Shown: piece by piece, positions 39,546 through 48,591 of the stretch | Numbering within the stretch: the first letter of the stretch is position 1 | Layout of the letters: each line of letters opens with the position of its first letter | DNA from: Polyangiales bacterium | GTDB taxonomy: Bacteria > Myxococcota_A > Polyangia > Polyangiales > Ga0077539 | NCBI GenBank assembly: GCA_044229975.1 | Contig: JBGARZ010000030.1 | Coordinates: 1 to 53,373, forward strand | Reading direction: 5' to 3' | Length of the DNA: 53,373 nt | Made by a program: the position numbers and the translations under genes | Notes under the pieces: model-generated | What the model saw: only the letters and a program-made list of their open reading frames with translations | Database searches by the model: none | Told to the model about the DNA's origin: nothing

Positions 39546-39773
39546 TGTCGAACGCTTCACGCGCGGTGGGTGCGCGAGCGGAGGATTCACGCTTCGCAGC
39601 AGGTCGAGGTGCGCACCGATGGGAGCCTGCTCGTGCGCATGCGGGTGGACGGACTCCACGAGGTCGCCGACTGGGTCTTGTCGCTCGGCGAGTACGCGGA
39701 GGTCATCCAACCGCCGGGCTTGCGGCAGATGGTTGCGACTCGCCTGCGAGACGCGGCTGCGCGGTACCGGTGA
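39546..39773 (+). pseudogene. C-terminal WCX remnant of a WYL-domain regulator (PafB/PafC-like)
   Basis: ARWVRERRIHASQQVEVRTDGSLLVRMRVDGLHEVADWVLSLGEYAEVIQPPGLR is the WCX signature; in-frame TAG at 39543 and no HTH or WYL core upstream. Confidence 0.75.
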
Positions 39774-39845
39774 GGGGTCGACATACTCTGTCGGCCCCTG
39801 TCTCTATCCTCTCGATCGTTCGCGCCCATCTGAGGAGGACCATCC

Positions 39846-40856
39846 ATGAGCCATCTTTCGATCGATCTTGTTGGCCTGAAGCCGGCGCCCGTCGCCGATG
39901 CCGAGCGCGTCGGCGCTGTCGGTCGGGTAGACCTCGGACCCAAGTGCGCCGGGGACTCTGCGTTCACCGCGAGGATGCGTTTTCACCAGAGCCACTACCG
40001 CGCGACCGTGCTCGGGGTGCCCTTCGGCCACGGGCCGAACGCAGGTGACGCCAGTTGCTACGGCAACATGCTCGACCCGGTCAGCGGTCTGGCGGGCCTC
40101 AACTACCTCTCGCCGCTGATCTTCGCGAGGGTGAAGGACCGTCTCGCCGCGGGCGGTGGCGTTCTCGAACCGTACCGACTCCTGCACAACATGCTGTCGA
40201 GCCAGCCCATGTGCTTCAACCTCTTCGGCCCGCTCGTCGACGCGCCGGAGCGTGCGACCCGCCTGCTTGGGGCGCTGATTGGTGACGATCTCGTCCGCGT
40301 GAAGCGCGTCGCGATCGAGTGGGCCCCAGCGCCCGCCCACGAGTACCTCGACGACCGCACGGCCTTCGACGCGTTCGTCGAGTATGAGCGCCGCGACGGG
40401 ACGTGCGTCGCGTTCGGGGTGGAGACGAAGCTGACCGACTCGTTCTCCCAGAGGCCCTGCGACGGCGAGAAGTACCGGCGCTGGATGCGCGGCGCCGGCT
40501 CCCCCTTCCGGGAGGACGCCCACGGCGACGTTGCTGGCGCCCGATACAACCAGCTCTGGCGCAACCACCTGCTCGCGATCGCCGCGCGGGATCACGGCCG
40601 CTCGCCCTACGGCGCGGCGCGCAGCGTCGTGGTCCACCACGCGCTCGATCACCACGGCACCAACGTCATCGGTGGCTACCGGAGCCTGTTGCGACCGGGC
40701 GACACGACCTTTGACGCGTGGACGCTCGACCGGGTCATCGGGGCCTTCGAGCGGGTCGCGGTCGGCACCGACGAGGTGGCGTGGCTCGCCGCGTTTCGCG
40801 CCCGCTATCTTGATCTGTCGAAGAGCGAGCACGCCTGGAACCACCGGCACGTCTGA
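39846..40856 (+). CDS. Putative PD-(D/E)XK restriction-endonuclease-fold protein, PGN_0703-like (336 aa)
   Basis: GAGGAGG RBS; NMLSSQPMCFNLFGPL, DRTAFDAFVEY..GVETKLTD, YNQLWRNHLLA. Confidence 0.75.
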   Translation: MSHLSIDLVGLKPAPVADAERVGAVGRVDLGPKCAGDSAFTARMRFHQSHYRATVLGVPFGHGPNAGDASCYGNMLDPVSGLAGLNYLSPLIFARVKDRLAAGGGVLEPYRLLHNMLSSQPMCFNLFGPLVDAPERATRLLGALIGDDLVRVKRVAIEWAPAPAHEYLDDRTAFDAFVEYERRDGTCVAFGVETKLTDSFSQRPCDGEKYRRWMRGAGSPFREDAHGDVAGARYNQLWRNHLLAIAARDHGRSPYGAARSVVVHHALDHHGTNVIGGYRSLLRPGDTTFDAWTLDRVIGAFERVAVGTDEVAWLAAFRARYLDLSKSEHAWNHRHV

Positions 40857-40883
40857 GACGCCAGAGGGGCAACCGCGGGTCCG

Positions 40884-42434
40884 TCAGGTGAGGCCGAGTT
40901 GACCGAGCACCCAGCGCCCGAGGGCGCCGCTCTCGGACTCACCTGGTCGCAATCGCCAAAGGCCGAGGCCGTGGCTCGCGAGGAAATCCTCGGCGGCCCA
41001 GGCGACGCAATCGTCCGCGATCTCGGGCACCAGCAGCAGTCCGGCTCGGGGTCGGCCGCCGTGATCTCGCAGCAGCAGAGCGTCGCGGTAGACGTGCAGC
41101 GACGCGAAAGCCTCGGTGATCGATGCCCGCTGCACGCGGTACTTCGCGTCGAGCACCACCCAAGCGCCTTCGGCGTCGCCCGCGCGCCACTGCACGACGA
41201 GGTCGGGCCGACGCTCGCCCGTCAGCGCGCGTCGTGTCCTTCCGGCCTGGGCGCTGAAGGTGTGGTTGTAGCCGATGACGAGGGTTCCGCCGGCGTGCGC
41301 GCGGTGCAGCGTGAGGCCGCCGAGGTCGTGCGCGAGCAACGTGTCCTCGCCGAATGCACCATGTGCCCACGGGGCCGTGCCAATTGCCGCGTCGAGCGAT
41401 CGCCGCACCGCGAGAAGGCACCAGAGTTCGTACAGCTCGAAGCTGGCGCGTACCGGCGCGAGCGCGTCACCCGATGGTGAGTCGGCCGAGAAGCGGGCGC
41501 CCAGGATACGTCGCGCGAGCCGCATCACCCTGGCGTAGCGGGGCTCGTCCTGGAGCGTAAGCATCGCGCCCTCGTCGGGCGGAGCTGCGGGGAGGTCTGC
41601 GAGGAAGGTCGACGCGACGAGGTGGCGCAGTCGCGCGCTGGCCCGTTCGAGCGACCGCGCGAGGGCGAGGCACCAGGTCGCGGTGTCGTCCATCAAGCCC
41701 GACGACGCCTTGCGCAGGGCGGGAGCGAGCGGATCGATGGCCGCGGCGACCCGCTCGGCGTACCAGCGGACAGCACGGTTGGCCGGGTGGTCGACCGTCG
41801 CGTCCGGTACCCGCGTCGGCACCCACGGGTCGCCCGGCGACTGCGCGCCCGAGGTGCTGACCGTCAGGGTGGCTGCCACCGCCGGGTGACGCGCGACCCA
41901 CCGCAACGTCTCCGGCCTCACCCGACGGATGGCGTGCATGCGCCGATCGACCGGGCGCTCGCGGTCGAGCGTCGTCGGCGCGCGCACCACGGCGGCGATG
42001 GCCTCCAGGAGCGGGTCGAGCAGGGGCTCCATCGCGGCGACGGCGAGGCCCGCCTGGACGCCGTCGAGGCTCACGCTGCCGCCGCTCGCGGTCGAGAGCC
42101 CGAGCAGCAGGTCGGGGAGCCAGTCCGCGAGGTCATCAACGAGCGCGGACCACGCGCCGACGTCGAGTTTCTCGGCGCGCGGCCGAACCTCCACGGGTTG
42201 CCGCAGGGTCATCGGGGGGGCATCGAGGACGAGCTCCATCCGACCGACGGCGTGACCGACCCGGAGAAGGAAGGCGGTGTTGTCGTCGCTGCGCTCCAAC
42301 GCGACCGGTCCGAGGTGGCAGGAGGTCACGCCCTCGGTGCCGAGCAGATGGAGCCGATACTCGCGGTTCTCTTCGAGGACGAGGACATCCTCGTCGAAGG
42401 GCGCCGCGCGGCCCTCGTGATCGACGACTCTCAC
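40884..42434 (-). CDS. mcrC: McrC-like DUF2357/PD-(D/E)XK nuclease (516 aa)
   Basis: TVDHPANR, ELYELWC, RRPDLVV..VLDAKYR; start is 1 nt after the McrB-like stop. Confidence 0.8.
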   Translation of the reverse strand: MRVVDHEGRAAPFDEDVLVLEENREYRLHLLGTEGVTSCHLGPVALERSDDNTAFLLRVGHAVGRMELVLDAPPMTLRQPVEVRPRAEKLDVGAWSALVDDLADWLPDLLLGLSTASGGSVSLDGVQAGLAVAAMEPLLDPLLEAIAAVVRAPTTLDRERPVDRRMHAIRRVRPETLRWVARHPAVAATLTVSTSGAQSPGDPWVPTRVPDATVDHPANRAVRWYAERVAAAIDPLAPALRKASSGLMDDTATWCLALARSLERASARLRHLVASTFLADLPAAPPDEGAMLTLQDEPRYARVMRLARRILGARFSADSPSGDALAPVRASFELYELWCLLAVRRSLDAAIGTAPWAHGAFGEDTLLAHDLGGLTLHRAHAGGTLVIGYNHTFSAQAGRTRRALTGERRPDLVVQWRAGDAEGAWVVLDAKYRVQRASITEAFASLHVYRDALLLRDHGGRPRAGLLLVPEIADDCVAWAAEDFLASHGLGLWRLRPGESESGALGRWVLGQLGLT

Positions 42435-42435
42435 G

Positions 42436-45294
42436 TCACGACCAGAAGCGCGTCACGCCCGTCGACTGGAGGCGTTGCTGCATCACGCGAAGTTTCTCCG
42501 ACGACCGGGTCAGGCCGTGCTTCGCCGTGATCTCCGAAGCGACCTTGAGGGCCCGTTGGAGGTCGGGGTCCTGGTCGCCGCGGAGGCGCGGCAGGACCTT
42601 GGAGAAGACCGCCATGTCAATCGCCGCGGACTCGGACTCGCCCGCCGCGAGCGAGCCGAGGGTGAAGTCGAGCACCTCGCCCGCGGTGCGGTAGCCGAAG
42701 TGGCGTCTCGCGGGTCGGAGCGCGTCGTGGAGCGCGATCAGGCACGCCTCGGTCGTGGCGTGTCGCTGCGAGCGGCGCTCGAAGAAGTGGGGGAGGTCGA
42801 CGTCCCAGAACTCGAGCGTGAACGCGCGGTCGAGCACCTTGTCGGAGAAGGGGTGGGTCGACTCGTCCATGTTGACGGTGCCCGCGAGGAAGAGGTTGCG
42901 CGGCCACGTGACGCTCGGCGGGACCCCGTTCACCGCCTCGGGCGAGGCATGGAGCGCGATGGGATCGCCGGTCTCCATCGCTGACAGGAGCGGCGCGAGA
43001 TAGCGCTCGACCCGCGCGAGGTTCATCTCGTCGAGGATGAGGAAATACGGGTTCGCGCGGTCGGCATCTGCTGCGAGCAGGAGCTGGAGCGCGGGCTCGA
43101 TCTGATAAGTCGGGTCTTCGTGGAGTGGGTTGAAGTAGCCGAGCAGCCCGGACGGGTCATGCCAGTCGGGCGACACCGCGACGACCGCGAGGTGGTGATC
43201 GGCGTCGAGACCGCGGACTCGACACCAGGTGCGGGCGTAGTGGCGGAGGACGGCGGTCTTGCCCGTACCCGAGAGGCCAGAGAGGAGGATGAAGTGCTTG
43301 GAGGGATGGCAGGTCCAGGCGACGTGGAGGGAGCGAAGCGTGCTGTCGTCGAGCACGAAGGCGCGGGTCTCCGCGTCGTTGCGGAAGGCCGCTGTGAGCT
43401 CGTCGAAGGACGGCGCGGCGACGGTCTCGGGCACGCGTGTCGAGGTCGGCGTCGGTCCGATCGCTGCGGCGGTTGCAGCCACCGCAGGGTCGGGCAGCGC
43501 TTCGGGCAGCCGGGCGTGCCACTGCACACCGTACTCAGTGAGTCGGAGGTGGTCCGTCGGAAGCACCTCGATGAGGCCGAGATCGACGAAGAACGCGACC
43601 AGCGAGTTCGGAGCGAAGTCCGACGTCCAGGCAGGGTACCGCTGACGGATTCGACCGAAGAGGCTCTGCTTCGACATGCCCTCTGGTGATTCGACGAGGC
43701 AGCGCAGCAGCAGCGCGAAGCCGTACGTGCTCACCAGCAGCTGCTCCACCAGCGGGGCGTCGTCGCCGTCGAGGATCAACAGTCCACCAGGGGACGGTCG
43801 ATAGAGACCTCCTTCGCGCAGTAGCAGCTCCATCCCGTAAAGGCGCGAGACCGAGTACCCGATCGTCTTCGCGGAGGCCGACACACCAGCAGCGCGGACC
43901 TCGTCGACGAGCACCTCGACGCTCTGTCCCGGCAGGGCCGCACGGAGGATGTCGCGCCACGTTGCGGCGTATCCGCCGATGGCGCCGACGCCACGATACT
44001 GTCGCCCGATGGGCCACAGTTCGAGTCGCGGGGCGTTGGAGGTGTCTGACGGCGGCGGTGGTGGGGTCTCGCTGCCGGGGGGCACGATCGAGCCCAGCAC
44101 TGGCGGCTGCTGCTCCTGAATCCGCCACGCGAAGCGCGAGCGACGGACGTGCTCCGCGAGCGTGGCCTCGTCGCCGAGCACGCTCCGCAGGCGCGCTCGA
44201 ATCTGCACCTGCTCGGCGATCGCCCCGCCGGAGGGGGAGCGGCCGAGCAGGCGCCGGACAGCCTTCGCGCGGGCGTCGCTCTGTAACAGGCACGTCAGCT
44301 GCGTCGGGATGAGGATCGCGAAGGTACGGAGCAGTTTGGCCGTCGGCCGCGCGCGCACGCCGAGGCCGGTGATGAGACGTCCCATCACGGCGTCGAATTC
44401 CGCTTGGATGGTCCGCGCACAGGCATCGGCGTCGCTCGGCCATTCGCGATGACGGAGACCGTCGAGGCGCTGGAGAATCTCGGGGTCGTCGAAGGCCGCG
44501 CTGACGTTGATGGACTCGCCCATCCCCGCGCTCGCCACGCCCTTGCCGCTCCAGAGTCGCTGCTGGATGGCGCGCGTGGCGAAGCTCGCCGGGTCGGCCG
44601 CCGCCACCTCCGTCACGAGGCGGGCCCCGTCGGCGATCCACGGGGCGGTCGCCGCGTCGAAGGTGCGCCAGGCTTCGAGGAGCTCGGCGTCGCTCCAGCG
44701 ACGATCGCCACTCTCGTCGCGGGGGGGAAGGAGCGGGGGGATCGCCTCCTCCGCGAGGCCGTAGTCGGGCCGAGGGAGCGCGCGTCCGGTCTCGGCTTCG
44801 ACCAGTGTGACAGCCTCGGTCGAGAAGCTGGGGTAGTACCCCGTTCGAGACGCGACGGTCTTCGCGGCGCGATCGATGGCGGCCTCCAGGGCAGGACGAA
44901 TGCGGGGCAGGAGTCGGGCGAGTGCGTCGGCGGGCATCGACCGAACGATGACCTCCGGGGCGATCGTGAAGGGCTCCACCAACGACTCGTGAGAGAGCCC
45001 GGTAAAGACCTCCTCAGCAGGCGAATCGAGGGCAGACTCGATGAGGGCGATCTTCGCTTCGCCGTTGTCACGGAAGCGGAGCACAAGGAGCTGTCCGACC
45101 GAGAGGGTCAAAACTGCGCCCGAGGAGAGGGTGAGCACCCACCGGGCGGAACCGAGCGCGTGTGCCCGTGTGATGGCCTCGGCGAGGCAACCCATGCACG
45201 CAGTTCGCACATCGGCGGAGGGGAACCAGTCCTCGATTGGTCGCGAGAGCGGGGTCGATACCGAAGCGACGGTCGTATGTTGATCGGGGGTCAT
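42436..45294 (-). CDS. mcrB: McrB-like AAA+ GTPase with long N-terminal specificity region (~952 aa)
   Basis: ILLSGLSGTGKT, VSPDWHDPSGLLGYFNPL, LDEMNLARVERY, GTVNMDESTHPFSDKVLDRA, FGYR, KVLPRLRG. Confidence 0.85.
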   Translation of the reverse strand: MTPDQHTTVASVSTPLSRPIEDWFPSADVRTACMGCLAEAITRAHALGSARWVLTLSSGAVLTLSVGQLLVLRFRDNGEAKIALIESALDSPAEEVFTGLSHESLVEPFTIAPEVIVRSMPADALARLLPRIRPALEAAIDRAAKTVASRTGYYPSFSTEAVTLVEAETGRALPRPDYGLAEEAIPPLLPPRDESGDRRWSDAELLEAWRTFDAATAPWIADGARLVTEVAAADPASFATRAIQQRLWSGKGVASAGMGESINVSAAFDDPEILQRLDGLRHREWPSDADACARTIQAEFDAVMGRLITGLGVRARPTAKLLRTFAILIPTQLTCLLQSDARAKAVRRLLGRSPSGGAIAEQVQIRARLRSVLGDEATLAEHVRRSRFAWRIQEQQPPVLGSIVPPGSETPPPPPSDTSNAPRLELWPIGRQYRGVGAIGGYAATWRDILRAALPGQSVEVLVDEVRAAGVSASAKTIGYSVSRLYGMELLLREGGLYRPSPGGLLILDGDDAPLVEQLLVSTYGFALLLRCLVESPEGMSKQSLFGRIRQRYPAWTSDFAPNSLVAFFVDLGLIEVLPTDHLRLTEYGVQWHARLPEALPDPAVAATAAAIGPTPTSTRVPETVAAPSFDELTAAFRNDAETRAFVLDDSTLRSLHVAWTCHPSKHFILLSGLSGTGKTAVLRHYARTWCRVRGLDADHHLAVVAVSPDWHDPSGLLGYFNPLHEDPTYQIEPALQLLLAADADRANPYFLILDEMNLARVERYLAPLLSAMETGDPIALHASPEAVNGVPPSVTWPRNLFLAGTVNMDESTHPFSDKVLDRAFTLEFWDVDLPHFFERRSQRHATTEACLIALHDALRPARRHFGYRTAGEVLDFTLGSLAAGESESAAIDMAVFSKVLPRLRGDQDPDLQRALKVASEITAKHGLTRSSEKLRVMQQRLQSTGVTRFWS

Positions 45295-45557
45295 GTCACA
45301 GCTCGGTGGTTTGGAGTTGCCCGGAGTGGCCAGGGCGATCCACAGGTGAGATCGGCGCGGTCCGGAAGCATCCGCAAGGAGTGCCGCAACCTTCGTCCCT
45401 CCAAAGGTGTCGAAGCGTAGCGTCGTTCCACTTTGGGGCCGCGATGGTTTCACCGTCGGCAGCGGCACGCCAGCGGACGTGAACGATGGGCGTGTGGACG
45501 GCGCGCCACGGCCGCGAACCGGTTGGGGACCCGATCAACGTCGCTGATACTCCGCCG

Positions 45558-46919
45558 ATGAGCACGATCCCACGCAAGCGTCCGAAGGCGGCCAGCGTCC
45601 CGCCCTTCGCGAAGATCCTGCGCCGCCACCTCGGATGCGATCCAGCGTCCGTCGCCATCGTCGGGGACAGCTTCCCGTTGCGCGCAATCGGTGACCTCCA
45701 ACTAGCTGTGGACGACTGGCTACAGGGGCCTGGTCGTCGTCGAGAGATGGTCGGCGTGGTGACCGACCGGCACGTGGTTCGCCTCGGCGCGCTGGCGTCG
45801 CCACCTCCGTCGGAGCGCAAGCACGGCTGGGCGGCGGACGTCGGCCCCGTCGAGTACAGCGCCGTGTCCCTTGCCGACGGCGGCTCGCTCGCGAGCGTCG
45901 AGCGCGGTCTGCTACTCCTCTCGGACGGTGACGCGCGACTCGCGATGCTGGTCGCCGGACCGTGCGGCGAGCCGTACATCCACCAGGTGCGCGTTGAGGT
46001 CGGCGCGGCGACCCAACCCGAGGCCGAGCGGCTGCTCCAGCAACTGCGCGACGGGATGCGTCGCCGAAGCATCTTCCGCGGGCGCTCGCTCAGCGTCGGC
46101 GCAGACCGGCAGGGCGAACTGCTGGTGAGCTTTCAGGCGCTACCCAAGGTCGCGCGCGAGGACGTGATCCTCCCGCCCGGGGTGCTGGAGCGCATCGAGC
46201 GCAACACGGTGCGCTTCACGCAGCGCGCGTCGGCCTTGCACGCGATGGGGCGCCATCTGAAGCGGGGCCTCCTGCTCTACGGGCCGCCTGGAACCGGGAA
46301 GACGTTCAGCGCGATGTTTCTCGCGAGCCAGATGCCCGACCGCACAGTGCTGATGGTGACGGGGCGGGCAGTCGGACTCATCGAACAGGTCGCCGTGATG
46401 GCCCGCCAGCTAGCGCCTTCGACGGTAGTCTTCGAGGACGTCGACCTCATCGCCGAGGACCGCCGCACCACGCAGAACCCGTGCGCCACTCCCGTGATGT
46501 TCGAGCTGCTCAACGCGATGGACGGCCTGGCCGAAGACGCCGACGTGCTCTTCGTCCTGACGACCAACCGCCCGGAGGTGCTTGAGCCCGCGCTCGCGGC
46601 CCGACCGGGGCGCGTCGATCAGGCGATCGAGATCCCGCTGCCCGATGAGGACTGCCGCGACCGGCTCATCGCGCGTTATGGCGAGGGTATGCGCCTCGCA
46701 CTGACCGACCGCGCGGCTGTCATCACGCGCACCAAGGGGACGAGCGCGGCGTTCATCAAGGAGCTGCTGCGTCGGTCGGCGCTCATTGCCGCGGACGCCT
46801 CGCCTGGATCGAGTTCGCCCGAAGTGAACGACGGGCATGTGCGCGACGCGATGCAGGAGATGCTCGTGGACGGGGGCAGCATGACGCGCACGCTGCTCGG
46901 GGTGGGCGGAAGCCGGTAG
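45558..46919 (+). CDS. Classical-clade AAA+ ATPase (FtsH/Cdc48-like module; ~453 aa, start uncertain)
   Basis: RGLLLYGPPGTGKT, VVFEDVD, LLNAMDG, TTNRPEVLEPALAARPGRVD (SRH). Confidence 0.88.
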   Translation: MSTIPRKRPKAASVPPFAKILRRHLGCDPASVAIVGDSFPLRAIGDLQLAVDDWLQGPGRRREMVGVVTDRHVVRLGALASPPPSERKHGWAADVGPVEYSAVSLADGGSLASVERGLLLLSDGDARLAMLVAGPCGEPYIHQVRVEVGAATQPEAERLLQQLRDGMRRRSIFRGRSLSVGADRQGELLVSFQALPKVAREDVILPPGVLERIERNTVRFTQRASALHAMGRHLKRGLLLYGPPGTGKTFSAMFLASQMPDRTVLMVTGRAVGLIEQVAVMARQLAPSTVVFEDVDLIAEDRRTTQNPCATPVMFELLNAMDGLAEDADVLFVLTTNRPEVLEPALAARPGRVDQAIEIPLPDEDCRDRLIARYGEGMRLALTDRAAVITRTKGTSAAFIKELLRRSALIAADASPGSSSPEVNDGHVRDAMQEMLVDGGSMTRTLLGVGGSR

Positions 46920-47013
46920 CAAGAGAGCCAAGATCGGTGCGTCCCATGGCCTCGTCGGATCGACGTTGAAGGTTCGAGGGTCGCCGTGAGAGGTTGAGGG
47001 AGGGAGTCAATCA

Positions 47014-48591
47014 ATGGGTGGACACGTCTTCGTCGTCCGGGGCGACGTTCAGAAACTTCGATGCGATGCCCGCCTGATCCCGGCATACGACGCCAGCACA
47101 CCGGACGTGAGCTGGTTTCACCCTGACGAATCCGAGCTGCACGCGAAGCCTGCGGACGAATCGTGGAAGGGCGGCGAGGAGCGGGTGCGCTCTCTCGGCT
47201 CGAGCAAGCTGGGCCCTGCCCTCTGGGTGGCGAAGGTCGGTTTCGACCGGTTCACCCAACTATCCAGGGCGATGGAGGGCGTGTCGGAGTTCCTGATGCG
47301 GGCGGCCGCGGCCCTGAAGAGCGCTCCGAGGGTGAGTGGACGCAGCCAACCCCTGATCGCGTTGCACGTTGTCGCTACCGGAAGGAAGAACGCCGCCCAC
47401 CGCAAGGACGACGCGATCGTCGCGCTGCTCAAGTGCGTCGCCGCGTGCGTTGCGGAGCACGACATGGATGTCGTCATCGTCGCGAGGGAGGAGGAGACCT
47501 ATGCGGCGTTGCAGGTCACTCGCTCCATGCAGCGTGGCGGCGTCTTGCCGACGCTCGACCCCTCGCTGCACGCATTGGCCCGTGAGCTCGCGGTCAAGGC
47601 TCGCGAAGGGAATTTGTCTGTCCTGGTGGGGGCAGGCTTGAGCATGAACGCCGGCCTGCCGAACTGGATAGGCCTGCTCAGCAGCGTCGCACAGGGGGCG
47701 AAACAACGTGCACCCGAGCATGGCGAAGACCTGATGCGCTATGCCGCGTGGATCGAGCAGAGCATGGGGCCGCGGGCCTTCCGCACGGCGATCGCCGACC
47801 AATGCCGCGCTACGAGGTACGCACTCGGGCACGCGCTGCTCGCGTCGATGCCGGTCCGCGAATTTGTCACGCTTAACTACGATGTCCTTCTCGAAGAGGC
47901 GGCTGTGGCAGCGAAGGCACCGCTCGTGGTCCTCCCCCACGGTCGCGTCAGTGCCGGGCAACGATGGCTGCTCAAGCTCCACGGGTCGGTTGATCGATGT
48001 GACGACATCGTCATCACCGAACGCGACTACCAGCGCTTCGACGACTGGCGAGCGGCCTTCCGTGGCGTCGTGGAGGCTCAGCTCATTACCCGTCACATGC
48101 TTTTCGTCGGGTTCGGCATGGCCGACCCCAACGTCGCCCGCGTGCTGGAGTCCGTGGCGCGCGCCGCCCGCCGCGACGAGGGCAAGCAAGGCACCTCGGT
48201 TGGGACGCTTCTGCATTTCGATGCGATCGCGGATCAGGAGAAGCAGAAGTACCCGCTGAGCTTCGTGCGCGTCGGGGAGGAGGAGACGAGCATCGCTCTC
48301 CGCGCGCGGCAGACCGAGATCCTGCTCGACGAAGTGGCGCGCCTCGCGGAGGACGGAACCCACCACCTCCTCGACCGGAGCTTCGACGGACTGCACCGGG
48401 CTGAAGTGGACGTGCGTGAGAAGGTCACAGCCCTCCTCACCAGCCTCCACGGCGCGCACCGAAATTCGCGTCTCCGTCGCGAGATCATGGAGCGCCTCCG
48501 CCCACTCATGGGCGGCGATCCCGAGCTCACCCGATTGTTCGACCCTGCACCCGACGAGCCCTCCGATGACCCGCTGCATCCTCGTCGGTGA
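47014..48591 (+). CDS. SIR2-like (SIR2_2) NAD-utilising domain protein with N-terminal Macro-like domain (525 aa)
   Basis: VGAGLSMNAGLPNW, VTLNYD, LLKLHGSV, MLFVGFGMADPN. N-terminus HVFVVRGDVQKLRCDARLIP resembles the first strands of a Macro domain (weaker call). Confidence 0.82.
   Translation: MGGHVFVVRGDVQKLRCDARLIPAYDASTPDVSWFHPDESELHAKPADESWKGGEERVRSLGSSKLGPALWVAKVGFDRFTQLSRAMEGVSEFLMRAAAALKSAPRVSGRSQPLIALHVVATGRKNAAHRKDDAIVALLKCVAACVAEHDMDVVIVAREEETYAALQVTRSMQRGGVLPTLDPSLHALARELAVKAREGNLSVLVGAGLSMNAGLPNWIGLLSSVAQGAKQRAPEHGEDLMRYAAWIEQSMGPRAFRTAIADQCRATRYALGHALLASMPVREFVTLNYDVLLEEAAVAAKAPLVVLPHGRVSAGQRWLLKLHGSVDRCDDIVITERDYQRFDDWRAAFRGVVEAQLITRHMLFVGFGMADPNVARVLESVARAARRDEGKQGTSVGTLLHFDAIADQEKQKYPLSFVRVGEEETSIALRARQTEILLDEVARLAEDGTHHLLDRSFDGLHRAEVDVREKVTALLTSLHGAHRNSRLRREIMERLRPLMGGDPELTRLFDPAPDEPSDDPLHPRR

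Noticed and set aside
45558..48591. Sir2-HerA, type III CBASS or ATPase-protease (IetAS-like) call for the AAA+ and SIR2 pair
   Set aside because: The ATPase is classical AAA+, not HerA/FtsK, and no CD-NTase, HORMA or S8 protease is present; its link to the operon is unproven (94-bp gap).
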